A stretch of 64,000 nucleotides of DNA from an uncultured bacterium (GCA_938003925.1 CALKWQ010000023.1:82885-146884), one strand, 5' to 3'; positions 33,582 to 43,613 are shown, counted from the stretch's first letter. Program-made: numbers and translations. The notes: generated by a model from the letters alone, not told the origin.

Positions 33582-34430
33582 ATGTGTGCAAAAAAATCTT
33601 ATAATCTCGGCGGACAAAAGGAATTATTAACCATATACGAGTCCGACCAAGCCCTTAGTTTGGAGCAAGTTGAAGATTTAGAGGGTCCAGTTAATCCGGA
33701 TAAAAAACTGGAGCTGCCAGACCTGTCTAAGGTGCGGGAGGTTTTACGTGAGTCCGGTTGGGAATTGATTGGTGATCGAGAATCATGTAGCGGTGGCGCC
33801 TTTGGCCCAATTTTTAAGTTAAAAGTTCGAGAGATGACTAGTGGTAAAGAGCTGTTTTTAATGGAAAGAACCTTTACAGAGATGCAAGATATTGAGCGCC
33901 GTTTTGGTTTGGTGGAAATAGAATCTGTTCCTTCCAGTCATAATAATCTTGATTCAGAGCCTAGGTACGAATTAATTAATCAGTCAGATCACCACCAAGA
34001 TAAATTAATTATAGACTATCTTTATAATGAGGCTAGAGCCCTAAAAGAGTTACAAGCAGTTAAGGGTGTACCCAAATTTTACGGGGCGGTTTATGATGAC
34101 CTTAACGGTTCAATCCTAACTGAATTTATTGATGGCCCTGATTTAAGCATGATTGTTTTACGAGGCAAACAGGCAATTATTGAATGGAATGTGCCGGAGC
34201 TATTAGAGAAGGTTAAAAAAATTTATACCGCTGCCGCTGAGGCTGGATTTATTCACCATAATCCAGTTGGAGCTACTATCATGATTGGCCCAGATCGTGA
34301 ACCTTATTTGGCAGACTGGTATCTCTATGCTCAAGGCAGGATTGATGCTGAGAGCCCCATTAGAGATAAGTATTTACAAGGATTACGCGACATCGAAGAA
34401 TTTGAAAAGATGCTACTAACAGCAGAGTAA
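33582..34430 (+). CDS. divergent protein-kinase-like fold protein (catalytic loop HHN instead of HRD)
   Basis: Gly-rich loop SGGAFGPIFKLKV, alpha-C Glu in EARALKEL, hinge LTEFIDGPDL, catalytic-loop position FIHHNPVGATIM, and DFG position LADW. Confidence 0.45.
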   Translation: MCAKKSYNLGGQKELLTIYESDQALSLEQVEDLEGPVNPDKKLELPDLSKVREVLRESGWELIGDRESCSGGAFGPIFKLKVREMTSGKELFLMERTFTEMQDIERRFGLVEIESVPSSHNNLDSEPRYELINQSDHHQDKLIIDYLYNEARALKELQAVKGVPKFYGAVYDDLNGSILTEFIDGPDLSMIVLRGKQAIIEWNVPELLEKVKKIYTAAAEAGFIHHNPVGATIMIGPDREPYLADWYLYAQGRIDAESPIRDKYLQGLRDIEEFEKMLLTAE

Positions 34431-34437
34431 AGAGGAA

Positions 34438-34475
34438 TAAAAAATAAACCCAGTTATGAAAACACTGGGTTTATA
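34438..34475. terminator. bidirectional terminator between convergent genes
   Basis: AAACCCAGT-loop-ACTGGGTTT with A and T runs on both sides. Confidence 0.65.
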
Positions 34476-35133
34476 GTTTTTGCACGCTATTTTTAATATC
34501 ACGCCTCACGGCCTCCAGGCTGAAATCTGAAAAATTAATAGCCGGACCTATGTGTAGAGATATTTTTTTACCTCTTTTGATCTTTTGCCACTTGAAGCCG
34601 ATATTAATAGGCATAACTTCGTTCATACCATTGATGCGAATAGGTATAACGACCGGCTTATAGCCGATAACAACACTGGCTGGGCCATAACGGCAATCAC
34701 CAATTTGGCCGTCGCGGCTGCGAGTGCCTTCAAAGAATAGCAATAGATTGCTGTGTCGCAAAATGTTTTCATATTCTTTGATTTTTAAATTTGCCTCACT
34801 AAGACCGCAATGACGATAGGCTGGGATAGTCTTTAGAAAAAAACAAAACCAGCGTCGACTTGGTTTCTGAAAAAAATTTTCCCACGCAGCCGCGTTCCAG
34901 GGAATGCGGTGATAGTGTTTAATGACATCCCAGGGGCTAAATAAAGCATAGCCTATCAGTAGAGAGTCAATTAGGCTTTGATGATTAGATAGCAAGAGAA
35001 TACCAGTTCCTGGTGGTAAATTTTCTTTGCCAATAATGGTGGTATGGTTTCTCACCCTAAATAACCACCAGCCCAAAAGCCAAAATATCATCAGTAACAG
35101 GGGGCTAATCAAGTATTGTGTTATTTTTTTCAT
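34471..35133 (-). CDS. plsC: 1-acyl-sn-glycerol-3-phosphate acyltransferase
   Basis: NHQSLIDS (HX4D motif) and FFEGTRSRDG motif. N-terminal TM helix. Confidence 0.8.
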   Translation of the reverse strand: MKKITQYLISPLLLMIFWLLGWWLFRVRNHTTIIGKENLPPGTGILLLSNHQSLIDSLLIGYALFSPWDVIKHYHRIPWNAAAWENFFQKPSRRWFCFFLKTIPAYRHCGLSEANLKIKEYENILRHSNLLLFFEGTRSRDGQIGDCRYGPASVVIGYKPVVIPIRINGMNEVMPINIGFKWQKIKRGKKISLHIGPAINFSDFSLEAVRRDIKNSVQKL

Positions 35134-35269
35134 GGTTTGTTGTTTTAAGGTTCTGACTCTATTTTAGACAGCTTTGTTAGTTTTAGCAACTGAGCACGCA
35201 TATTTGTTGAATGTGATATAATTATTAGGGATTAATCCGATTACATAATTTATAAGTAGATTCTTGCAT

Positions 35270-36394
35270 ATGAAAATAAAAGTATTAGCCATTATTGTTT
35301 TTATCTCTATTTTTGCAGCTTTTATCCCCGCGGCAGGAGTGCTGGCCGCTGATTCGGAGAATGTTAAGGCTAAAGTATTAAGAATATTGGATGAAAAAAG
35401 CTTAGTTAGGGAAAACGGTGCTGTGGTTATTCAACAAGATGTAGAATTAATGAGTTTGAGCGGTAGCCTTCAGGGTCAAACTTTGATTTATAGGGGTATT
35501 AGCGAAGTAGATTTAGTTTCTAGTCGAACCTACACTCCAGGAGACTTGGTGTTTGTCAATATTGATCAAAATGAAGCTGGCGAGCAAGTAGTTTATATTA
35601 CCGATTATGTGCGTGAGCGTGGCTTGCTCTGGCTGTTTATTCTCTTTGCAATCGTGGTTTTGATAGTTGGGGGTCGTATTGGTTGGCGCTCCTTGTTAGC
35701 TTTAGCTATTAGCTTTTTATTGATTATGAAGCTTTTAGCACCCTTAATTTTAAGTGGCTATAATCCTCTGGTGGTTGGCCCAGTCATTACCTTTTTAATC
35801 TTAATTACTTTAGTTTACATTACTGATGGTTTTAATCGCAAAGCTCACATTGCTATCTTAAGCATATTCTCTGCTCTGATTATTACTTTTTTGCTATCCT
35901 GGTTGTTTGTTAAGTTAACACAATTAAGTGGTACCGCCAGCGAAGAAGTTATTTTTCTAATTGGCGACAATATTAAAGCAATTAATTTCCAGGGATTATT
36001 GTTGGCCGCTATCATTATTGGCGCCCTGGGTGTTTTAGATGATATTGCTATTGGTCAAATTGAAGCGGTGGAGCAATTGATTATTAATAATCCCACTCAA
36101 AGCAGATCGCGCTTATTCATGTCGGCGATTACGATTGGCAGGGCTCACTTGGGCGCTATCATAAACACCTTATTTCTAGCTTACGTTGGTGCTTCTCTGC
36201 CTTTAATTTTGCTTTTTAACGTCAAAAGCGAGCCCTTCGTTTCTTTCTCTCAGGTTATTAACCACGAAGAGATTGCCACCGAAATCGTACGTTCTTTGGT
36301 TGGTGTTATTGGTTTGTGTTTAACCATGCCCATTGCCACTATTTTAGCTGTTTGGCTATTATTTAATAAAAAAAGAGTGGCAAAAATGACCTAA
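35270..36394 (+). CDS. YibE/F-like polytopic membrane protein
   Basis: Signal peptide, an extracellular beta-rich domain, then 7 or more TM helices with VLDDIAIGQ. Family assignment is from memory only. Confidence 0.4.
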   Translation: MKIKVLAIIVFISIFAAFIPAAGVLAADSENVKAKVLRILDEKSLVRENGAVVIQQDVELMSLSGSLQGQTLIYRGISEVDLVSSRTYTPGDLVFVNIDQNEAGEQVVYITDYVRERGLLWLFILFAIVVLIVGGRIGWRSLLALAISFLLIMKLLAPLILSGYNPLVVGPVITFLILITLVYITDGFNRKAHIAILSIFSALIITFLLSWLFVKLTQLSGTASEEVIFLIGDNIKAINFQGLLLAAIIIGALGVLDDIAIGQIEAVEQLIINNPTQSRSRLFMSAITIGRAHLGAIINTLFLAYVGASLPLILLFNVKSEPFVSFSQVINHEEIATEIVRSLVGVIGLCLTMPIATILAVWLLFNKKRVAKMT

Positions 36395-36489
36395 TTAGAA
36401 TCTTGTTGTTTGTATTACTATTTTTTAATGAAACAAGCTATAATTAAAATAAGAGGTTAAAGCTTAGAAACTGCGGCTAATTATAACTT

Positions 36490-37212
36490 ATGAGACAAAT
36501 ATTTAAGTGGCGGAAAATATTTTTTGGCTTGTTAGCCGTAGATTTTATTTTAATAGCATCTATTCCTTGGTTGATTCGCGGCCCCTTATGGCTGGCAACC
36601 GAAGAGACTATTGAAGTAATGGCGTTAGCCTGTCTCCTTTCCTTAGCCTACGCGGTTAATTTTTTGTATTTACGGGAATTTGGTCGTTTACGACGTTATC
36701 AAGTCAATTTGGAGGATCGTTTGCAAGACACTTTCAAATATATCGGCTCGGTTAATTTACAGATGGAAGAAATGAGACAAGCCTTTGCTAATTTTAAAAA
36801 ATATCCTGAAAACAAAAAAGATATACGCACGGTATTTGTTTATTTTTCCGAGAAGATTTTAGGCATGGTTAACGCCGACTGGATTATTCTGCGTATTATC
36901 GACATTAAAACTGGACGTACTTTGCGGGAAGACAAGTTTACGCGCAACAATCAAGCCATCACTTTTGGCAAGTTTGATAACCGAGATATTTTAGAGGGCA
37001 AGTGTAAGTTGGATCAATGTACCATTGTAAAATCAGACCAGGAAAACCTTAACATTAAAGCTTGCTGCATTTTATCTGCCCACTTGAATAATAAGGATCA
37101 AGAATTTTTTGTACGCTCCATGATTAATCAACTAGAAATGCTATTTATAGTTTTTTCTTCTTTAAATAAAGAACAAAAAATCAGACCTAAAAATATTAAG
37201 TCTGAAGCATAA
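36490..37212 (+). CDS. membrane-anchored protein of unknown function
   Basis: Two N-terminal TM helices and a soluble domain of about 170 aa. No motif recognised. Confidence 0.35.
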   Translation: MRQIFKWRKIFFGLLAVDFILIASIPWLIRGPLWLATEETIEVMALACLLSLAYAVNFLYLREFGRLRRYQVNLEDRLQDTFKYIGSVNLQMEEMRQAFANFKKYPENKKDIRTVFVYFSEKILGMVNADWIILRIIDIKTGRTLREDKFTRNNQAITFGKFDNRDILEGKCKLDQCTIVKSDQENLNIKACCILSAHLNNKDQEFFVRSMINQLEMLFIVFSSLNKEQKIRPKNIKSEA

Positions 37213-37234
37213 AATTTTTTTCTGGATATTATTT

Positions 37235-37266
37235 AAAAAAGGGTCCGCATAAACGAACCCTTTTTA
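37235..37266. terminator. bidirectional terminator
   Basis: AAAAAAGGGTCCG-CATAAA-CGAACCCTTTTT (one mismatch in the stem). Confidence 0.55.
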
Positions 37267-37276
37267 ATTTATATCA

Positions 37277-38647
37277 TTAGCATTGTTCAATTAACTTTAA
37301 AATTTCATCTCGCCTAACGGCCATCACGTCAGGACTATTAGCTTCTAAATTGAGACGAACTTTATCTTCGGTATTAGAGCCACGGACATTAAACCAAAAG
37401 TCCTGATAACTGATACTGATACCATCTAGCAGGCTAATGGTTCCATCCTGGTATTTGTTTTTAAGCAATTCAAATACCTTTTCTTTGTCTTTAACTGCGC
37501 GATTAATTTCGCCCGAGTGGCTGTAGCGTCTATAGGGCTGAATAAATTCAGCAACGCTCATGTTGGTTTGAGAAAATAGCATCAGTAATTTACCAATCAT
37601 AATCATAGGCATTTCGAAACAACCAATCTCTAGATTTAGAAAAAAATGCCCCGAGGATTCGCCCGCAAAATAAGCATTTTCTGAAAGCATTTGCTCTTTA
37701 ATTAGCGAGTGTCCTACGCGAGTAGGAATGGGAATGCCGCCAGCCTCAGTGATTAAATCAGTTGTGATTTTGCCCGGTCTCACGTCGTAACATATTTTAC
37801 TGCCAGGGCGTTCTTGTAGAAATATTTGGGCTAGTAGGCCACGAATAATAGCAGGATCAATTAGTTGCCCTAGGTTATCCACAAAAAAGACGCGATCTCC
37901 GTCACCATCAGTTGCAATACCCAAATCGGCTTGGTTTTTTATAACGGCGGCTTGTAATTGTTGCAGATTTTCGGATTTTAGCGGGTCGGCTTCGTGTGCC
38001 GGAAAAGACCCATCTAAAGTAAAATTGATTTTTTCCAGACTAATCGGCAAGACACTCTCTAGTAGCTCCAGGTACTGAGACCCCATGCTGTTGGCGGCAT
38101 CAGCTACAATTCTTAATGGTTTAATTAACTCTGGCTTAATGAAGTCAAGATCGTGTTGTAATTGAGCTTCAGCGGCATTGTGCAGTAAACTAATTTTGCC
38201 CACAGTGTTTGGCGCCTCTTTTATTTCCAATAGGTGATCGCGGAGCCAATTAATACCACTGTCACCACTAATGGGTCGGCTTTTAGTTCTTACTAATTTA
38301 AAACCGTTCCATTCCTTGGGGTTGTGCGAGGCTGACACCATAATACCGCCATCTGCTTGCTGTTTGGAAACAGTAAAGTAGAAGGCAGGAGTAGAAATTA
38401 GTCCGGCATCAATTACTTCAGCTCCTGCCGCCATTAGGCCCTGAACTAAATATTCACTGAGCGCGGGAGAGCTAAGGCGCATATCGCGGGCAACCACAAT
38501 TTTCAGTGGTCTATCATCAGGGCAATCGCCGTCTTGTCGGCGCAGAGCTACAAAAGCTTGTCCTAATTCAGTGGCAAACTCTAAGTCAAAATCTTGATTA
38601 AAAATACCTCTTAGATCGTAAGCTTTAAAAATAGCAGGATTAAACAT
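37277..38647 (-). CDS. phosphomannomutase/phosphoglucomutase
   Basis: Active-site Ser loop GIMVSASHNPKEWNGFK, Mg loop ATDGDGDRVFF, sugar loop GESSGH. Confidence 0.88.
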   Translation of the reverse strand: MFNPAIFKAYDLRGIFNQDFDLEFATELGQAFVALRRQDGDCPDDRPLKIVVARDMRLSSPALSEYLVQGLMAAGAEVIDAGLISTPAFYFTVSKQQADGGIMVSASHNPKEWNGFKLVRTKSRPISGDSGINWLRDHLLEIKEAPNTVGKISLLHNAAEAQLQHDLDFIKPELIKPLRIVADAANSMGSQYLELLESVLPISLEKINFTLDGSFPAHEADPLKSENLQQLQAAVIKNQADLGIATDGDGDRVFFVDNLGQLIDPAIIRGLLAQIFLQERPGSKICYDVRPGKITTDLITEAGGIPIPTRVGHSLIKEQMLSENAYFAGESSGHFFLNLEIGCFEMPMIMIGKLLMLFSQTNMSVAEFIQPYRRYSHSGEINRAVKDKEKVFELLKNKYQDGTISLLDGISISYQDFWFNVRGSNTEDKVRLNLEANSPDVMAVRRDEILKLIEQC

Positions 38648-38674
38648 AAGCTTTAATTTATATTTTATAGTGAT

Positions 38675-39805
38675 TTATTGGCGGCGCAGGTAAAGAATAA
38701 AGGCGCCCACTCCCATACTAATTGCTGCTAAGGATAATAACCAGCCGGCATAAGGTAGCGCAAAGAGTAAATAGGCAATAATAATGCCGCCAATCATCGC
38801 TAAATATAAGTTGTTAGTAATTGGTTGTTTTTTGGCTACAGTCTTAAGGAGAAATTGCCCGATGAAAATAGCGCCAACCACCTCTCCCATCCATAAAGAC
38901 ATTAACCATAGCCCCAGTAAGACCAAAGATAGCGGCAAACCAATCACAGTAATCATTAGTAAGATGGCTACGACTGGTATAATTAAGACTAAAATCAGTC
39001 CCCAAATAAGGCTGGTTAGAGTTTTTTCTTGAGCCGTATGATACATACCCATTAGGATATTTTTCCCTGGACCGATTAAAATGAGGCCGACCAAGATGGC
39101 GGCTAGCATATTATATAGAAAGGGCCAGATGCGATCAGAAGTTTTATTGTTCTGAGTGGAAGGCTCTAGTTGTTTAATTTCCCCGGTTACCGTAGCTCCG
39201 TCTTCTAATTCTAATTTACCGTTGGCCTGGTAATAAAGGTGTCCACTAATCTTAGCGCTGGGCGTGAGAGTAATATTTTGTGTTCGTTGGCTGCCGCGAA
39301 AATTAAAATCTTTACCAATACTACCAGCCACTAACAGATAGTCACTGCTGCCGTAAACACTGCCCCCAACTGTGCCCATAATTTCTGTACTGGCAGCACC
39401 GCTTAAGACATCCCAACCAATTTTAGCTTCAGGCCCCAAAATTATAGTGTTGCCAATAAAATTGACGTTTCTGGCCACCTGACCCTGAATATTAGCACTA
39501 TTGGCAGCAACACGAACATTGCCATTAATTTCACCGTTAACAGTAATAGTTTGAGCAGCGGCGATTAAATCGCCATCTAGGCGACCATTGATAGTAATGG
39601 TTTGAGCTGCAGCGATTAAGTCGCCTTTGATTTCTCCATCAACTGTGATATTGTTGCTGGCGGCATAGAGATTGCCCTCAATAGTTTCGTTGGCGGACAA
39701 ATAAATGTTTTCTCCCGATTTAACTTCAGCCGCTTGAGTTAGATGGGGCCAAAATAGGATAAGAGCGGCTGTTAGCATCAATAATTGGTTAATTTTTTTG
39801 GTCAT
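38675..39805 (-). CDS. exported bactofilin-like beta-helix repeat protein fused to a C-terminal multi-TM domain
   Basis: Signal peptide (LTQAAEV), tandem repeats GDLIAAAQTITINGRLDGDLIAAAQTITVNGEINGNVRVAA, then 5-6 TM helices. Confidence 0.55.
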   Translation of the reverse strand: MTKKINQLLMLTAALILFWPHLTQAAEVKSGENIYLSANETIEGNLYAASNNITVDGEIKGDLIAAAQTITINGRLDGDLIAAAQTITVNGEINGNVRVAANSANIQGQVARNVNFIGNTIILGPEAKIGWDVLSGAASTEIMGTVGGSVYGSSDYLLVAGSIGKDFNFRGSQRTQNITLTPSAKISGHLYYQANGKLELEDGATVTGEIKQLEPSTQNNKTSDRIWPFLYNMLAAILVGLILIGPGKNILMGMYHTAQEKTLTSLIWGLILVLIIPVVAILLMITVIGLPLSLVLLGLWLMSLWMGEVVGAIFIGQFLLKTVAKKQPITNNLYLAMIGGIIIAYLLFALPYAGWLLSLAAISMGVGAFILYLRRQ

Positions 39806-39861
39806 AATGATAAAAATAAGAAATATTTGCTATAATAGTATCAATATTATATCCCAAAATT

Positions 39862-41442
39862 ATGTTAGAAGCAATTCAGGAGCTGATTAAAGAAGCTTCG
39901 CTTTCGGTTAATAGTCGTGATTCCTTATCAGCTTTAAAACGAGTAATTAGCAAGAAATATCGCATAGATTCTTTGTTGAATTCCGATATCATCTTGGAAT
40001 ACAAGCGACTACTGTCTCTGCGGCAGATTAAACCTTGCCCGGAGTTAGAATATTTACTGCGTAAACGTTCGGTGCGGACCATGTCCGGGATCGCTCCAGT
40101 GGCAGTGTTAACCAAACCCTATCCCTGTCCAGGAACCTGTGCCTATTGTCCCAGAGAAAAAGAAGTTCCTGTTAGTTATCTGGCTAACGAGCCGGCGGTT
40201 ATGCGGGCTATTCGCTGCCAGTATCACCCCTATACTCAAGTAGCCGCACGTTTGCGTGCCCTAGAAAATAATGGTCATCAACCAACTAAGATTGAAATTA
40301 TTGTCATTGGCGGCACCTGGAGTTATTTACCGCAGAAATATAAATACTGGTATATTTTGAATTGTTTTAAAGCGGCTAATGATTATCGAGCTAAGGGTGA
40401 ACTATCATCTGGTAAGTATTCTCAACGATTAAAACTCTCGGTTTTAAAAGAGTTGCTAAAATTAGAACAAAAAAAGAATGAAAGCTCACGTTATCGCATT
40501 ATTGGTTTAACTCTAGAGACCCGCCCCGATTACATTAATCAGCAGGAGGTAGAAGAAATGAGAGTTTTGGGCTGTACTCGGGTAGAAATGGGGGTGCAGG
40601 CGCTAAGTGATGATATTTTACGTTTGAATAAGCGTGGACACGGCGTTAAAGAAATTGCTCAGGCCACGCAGCTGCTCAAAAGCTATGGCTTTAAAATTAC
40701 TTATCACTTGATGCCTGCTCTGCCAGGCTCTACTCCAAATTTAGACCTGAAGATGTTTAAGCAATTATTTACCGATGAACGTTTTCAGCCTGATCAGATT
40801 AAGTTTTATCCTACGGTAGTTACTCAAGGCAGCTTGTTGTATAAGTGGTATAAGCAGGGTAAGTATAAGCCTTATTCCGATCGCGCTTTACAAAATTTAA
40901 TTGTAAAGTGCAAAACAGTAGTACCAAGGTATGTACGCATTATTCGTTTAATTAGAGATATTCCTGCTGAGTCAATTATTGCTGGTAATAAGATTACTAA
41001 TTTACGGCAGATTATGCAGCAGCGTGGAGTTAAGTGTAATTGTATTCGTTGTCGTGAAGCCAAAGAAGAGCAAATCCGGGACTATCGTCTTAATGTTGAG
41101 GCTTATGCCGCTTCTGGTGGGCACGAGTATTTCATTAGTGCTGATAGTTTGGATGGGCGAGTTTTGTATGGATTTTGCCGCTTACGCTTAGATAAAAACG
41201 GTCCGATTGCCCCAGCCTTGATTCGCGAGCTTCATGTTTACGGAGAGCTTATGCCCGTCGGTAGCGGCACCAGGGTGCAACATCGCGGTTTAGGTAAGGA
41301 GTTATTGGCACAAGCTGAAAGCATGGCTAGTGAGGCGGGCGCTAAAAAAATAGCGGTGATTTCTGGCATCGGCGTGAGGGGGTATTATCGTAAATTAGCC
41401 TATCGTCAGCGAGGTAACTATCTGTATAAATCGTTGTTGTAG
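39862..41442 (+). CDS. Elp3-type radical SAM/GNAT tRNA-modification enzyme
   Basis: Radical SAM cluster CPGTCAYCP, Elp3-like central region (TLETRPDY, RVEMGVQ) and a C-terminal GNAT motif QHRGLGKELLAQAE. Confidence 0.8.
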   Translation: MLEAIQELIKEASLSVNSRDSLSALKRVISKKYRIDSLLNSDIILEYKRLLSLRQIKPCPELEYLLRKRSVRTMSGIAPVAVLTKPYPCPGTCAYCPREKEVPVSYLANEPAVMRAIRCQYHPYTQVAARLRALENNGHQPTKIEIIVIGGTWSYLPQKYKYWYILNCFKAANDYRAKGELSSGKYSQRLKLSVLKELLKLEQKKNESSRYRIIGLTLETRPDYINQQEVEEMRVLGCTRVEMGVQALSDDILRLNKRGHGVKEIAQATQLLKSYGFKITYHLMPALPGSTPNLDLKMFKQLFTDERFQPDQIKFYPTVVTQGSLLYKWYKQGKYKPYSDRALQNLIVKCKTVVPRYVRIIRLIRDIPAESIIAGNKITNLRQIMQQRGVKCNCIRCREAKEEQIRDYRLNVEAYAASGGHEYFISADSLDGRVLYGFCRLRLDKNGPIAPALIRELHVYGELMPVGSGTRVQHRGLGKELLAQAESMASEAGAKKIAVISGIGVRGYYRKLAYRQRGNYLYKSLL

Positions 41443-41447
41443 TAAAG

Positions 41448-41476
41448 TTGTGTTTTTTGGTTGCTTAAATTATAAT
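41448..41476 (+). promoter_or_regulatory. promoter (TTGTGT-17-TATAAT) of the one-carbon operon leader
   Basis: Read directly. Confidence 0.45.
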
Positions 41477-41574
41477 GATAAAGCTATGTTAATCACTAAG
41501 AACATCACCACTTGGTCTAGTTTTGTAAAAATTAATTTTTCCTCTCGTTAGGCTGGGGGCGTTTTTTGGTAATG

Positions 41575-41600
41575 AAGCGCTCTTGGGGCGCTTTTTTTTA
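41575..41600 (+). terminator. leader terminator 26 nt upstream of the CofE-like gene
   Basis: AAGCGC-TCTTGGG-GCGCTT followed by a T run of 8. Confidence 0.6.
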
Positions 41601-41626
41601 ATTTATTTCTAATTAACAGTGCTGTT

Positions 41627-42358
41627 ATGAATATAACAACTATTAAAACTAGTATCTTTAAAGTCAATCAGGATTTATTGGCTTTTTTAACCGCCAATCT
41701 ACCAACTCTCAACGACGGGGATATAGTTGTAGTAACTTCCAAGATTGTTGCCTTGGCTGAAGGACGGATAGTTAGTAAAAACTCGGGAGTCACCAAAGAG
41801 GAAATCATTAAACAAGAGTCCTCTTTTGTTTTGCCCACTAAATATGTGCGACTTACCGTTAAGGACGGAGCTGTTATGGCTAGTGCTGGTATTGATGAAA
41901 GCAATGCCCAAGATTGTTTTATTCTGCTGCCAGCTGATAGCTTTTTGGTTGCTAATCAAATTCGTCATTATTTACTGCAACAGCGACAATTAAAGCGGCT
42001 GGGTGTAATTATTACCGATAGTCGTTCTCTGCCGCTCAGGGCTGGTATTGCGGGCGTAGCTCTAGGTTATGCTGGCTTTGGTGGTCTAAGAGATTATCGT
42101 GGTTGTCCAGATATTTTTGGAAGACCGTTGCATTTTTCCAGAGTTAATTTAGCCGATAGTTTAGCTGCGGCTGCTGTTTTGTGTATGGGTGAAGCCGATG
42201 AACGCCAGCCTTTGGCTGTTATTAGTGAGGCTCCTGTAATTTATTGTGAGCAGGTGGATCGTCACGAGCTCTGGATTGATCCTAATGAAGATATCTATGC
42301 GCCTTTATTTAAAAATTATCCGGCGGCTAGTTTTGACAAAAACAAGCCCCTAAACTAA
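41627..42358 (+). CDS. CofE-family gamma-glutamyl ligase-like protein
   Basis: VVVTSKIVALAEGR and SAGIDESNA (the family's AGIDxSN motif). Confidence 0.7.
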   Translation: MNITTIKTSIFKVNQDLLAFLTANLPTLNDGDIVVVTSKIVALAEGRIVSKNSGVTKEEIIKQESSFVLPTKYVRLTVKDGAVMASAGIDESNAQDCFILLPADSFLVANQIRHYLLQQRQLKRLGVIITDSRSLPLRAGIAGVALGYAGFGGLRDYRGCPDIFGRPLHFSRVNLADSLAAAAVLCMGEADERQPLAVISEAPVIYCEQVDRHELWIDPNEDIYAPLFKNYPAASFDKNKPLN

Positions 42359-42368
42359 GATTAGATAT

Positions 42369-43610
42369 ATGGAAACAAACATTTTTCAAGGTCAAGATCC
42401 AGTGGTGGCTGATATCATTAGACGGGAGGAGCAGCGGCAAAATGAAGAATTAGAGCTAATCGCTTCTGAAAATTATGCTTCCGTGGCGGTGCGATCAGTG
42501 CTTGCCTCGGCTTTAACTAATAAATACAGCGAGGGTTATCCGGGCAAACGTTATTATGGAGGCAATGTTGTTATTGATGAGATGGAAACTTTGGCGATTG
42601 ACCGCGCTAAAAAGTTATTTACAGCCGAACACGTTAATATCCAACCCTTGTCTGGTTCCCCGGCGAATGCAGCGGTTTATATGGCTTTTTTGGAACCGGG
42701 AGACAAGGTTTTGGGCTTGCGCTTGGATCATGGCGGACATTTATCTCACGGCCATAGTGTAAATTTTTCTGGTCGTCTTTATAATTTTGTGCAGTATGGA
42801 GTCAATCCAACTACAGGGATTATTGACATGGAAGAAGTGCGGCGGGTAGCTTTAGCTGAAAAACCAAAAATGATTGTGGCTGGTTTTAGTGCTTATTCTC
42901 GTGAGATAGATTGGGCTGGTTTTAAGGCGATCGCTGATGAAGTTGGTGCGTACACCTTTGCTGATATTGCTCATATCGCTGGCTTAATTGCGGGCAAACA
43001 ACTGTCTAACCCTGTACCTTTCTTTGATGTTGTATCTACTACTACCCACAAGACGCTACGTGGACCAAGAGGAGCAATTATTATGTGTAAAGAGCAGTAT
43101 GCTAAACAAGTTGATCGGGCTGTTTTTCCGGGCATGCAGGGAGGCCCTCATGACAACGTGACTGCGGCTAAAGCGGTGGCTTTTGGGGAGGCTATTCTGC
43201 CCGAATTTGAAAACTATGCTCGCCAAGTAATTAAAAACGCCCAAGCCTTAGCCACCGCGCTAATAGCTAGGGGTTATAAAATAGTATCTGGCGGTACCGA
43301 TAATCATTTGTTAGTTTTAGATCTATCGCCACTAGGTTTGGCCGGGAAGGAAGTAGAAAAAGTTTTGGAAGCAATCGGTATTTCTGTTTCTCGCTCCACT
43401 ATTCCTAATGATCCTAATCCCCCTATGAATCCTTCTGGTATTCGTTTGGGCACACCAGCTATTACCACCAGGGGGATGCAAACAGTAGAAATGGAAGGCT
43501 TAGCAAAAATAATTGATGAAGCCATTAAATATCGAGACCAGTTGGATAAATTGGCGCTATTAAAACAAGAGGTGATGTCGCTTTGTCAGCGCTTCCCTAT
43601 TCCAGCTTAA
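42369..43610 (+). CDS. glyA: serine hydroxymethyltransferase
   Basis: LIASENY and the PLP-Lys motif TTTHKTLRGPRG. Confidence 0.95.
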   Translation: METNIFQGQDPVVADIIRREEQRQNEELELIASENYASVAVRSVLASALTNKYSEGYPGKRYYGGNVVIDEMETLAIDRAKKLFTAEHVNIQPLSGSPANAAVYMAFLEPGDKVLGLRLDHGGHLSHGHSVNFSGRLYNFVQYGVNPTTGIIDMEEVRRVALAEKPKMIVAGFSAYSREIDWAGFKAIADEVGAYTFADIAHIAGLIAGKQLSNPVPFFDVVSTTTHKTLRGPRGAIIMCKEQYAKQVDRAVFPGMQGGPHDNVTAAKAVAFGEAILPEFENYARQVIKNAQALATALIARGYKIVSGGTDNHLLVLDLSPLGLAGKEVEKVLEAIGISVSRSTIPNDPNPPMNPSGIRLGTPAITTRGMQTVEMEGLAKIIDEAIKYRDQLDKLALLKQEVMSLCQRFPIPA

Positions 43611-43613
43611 ACT

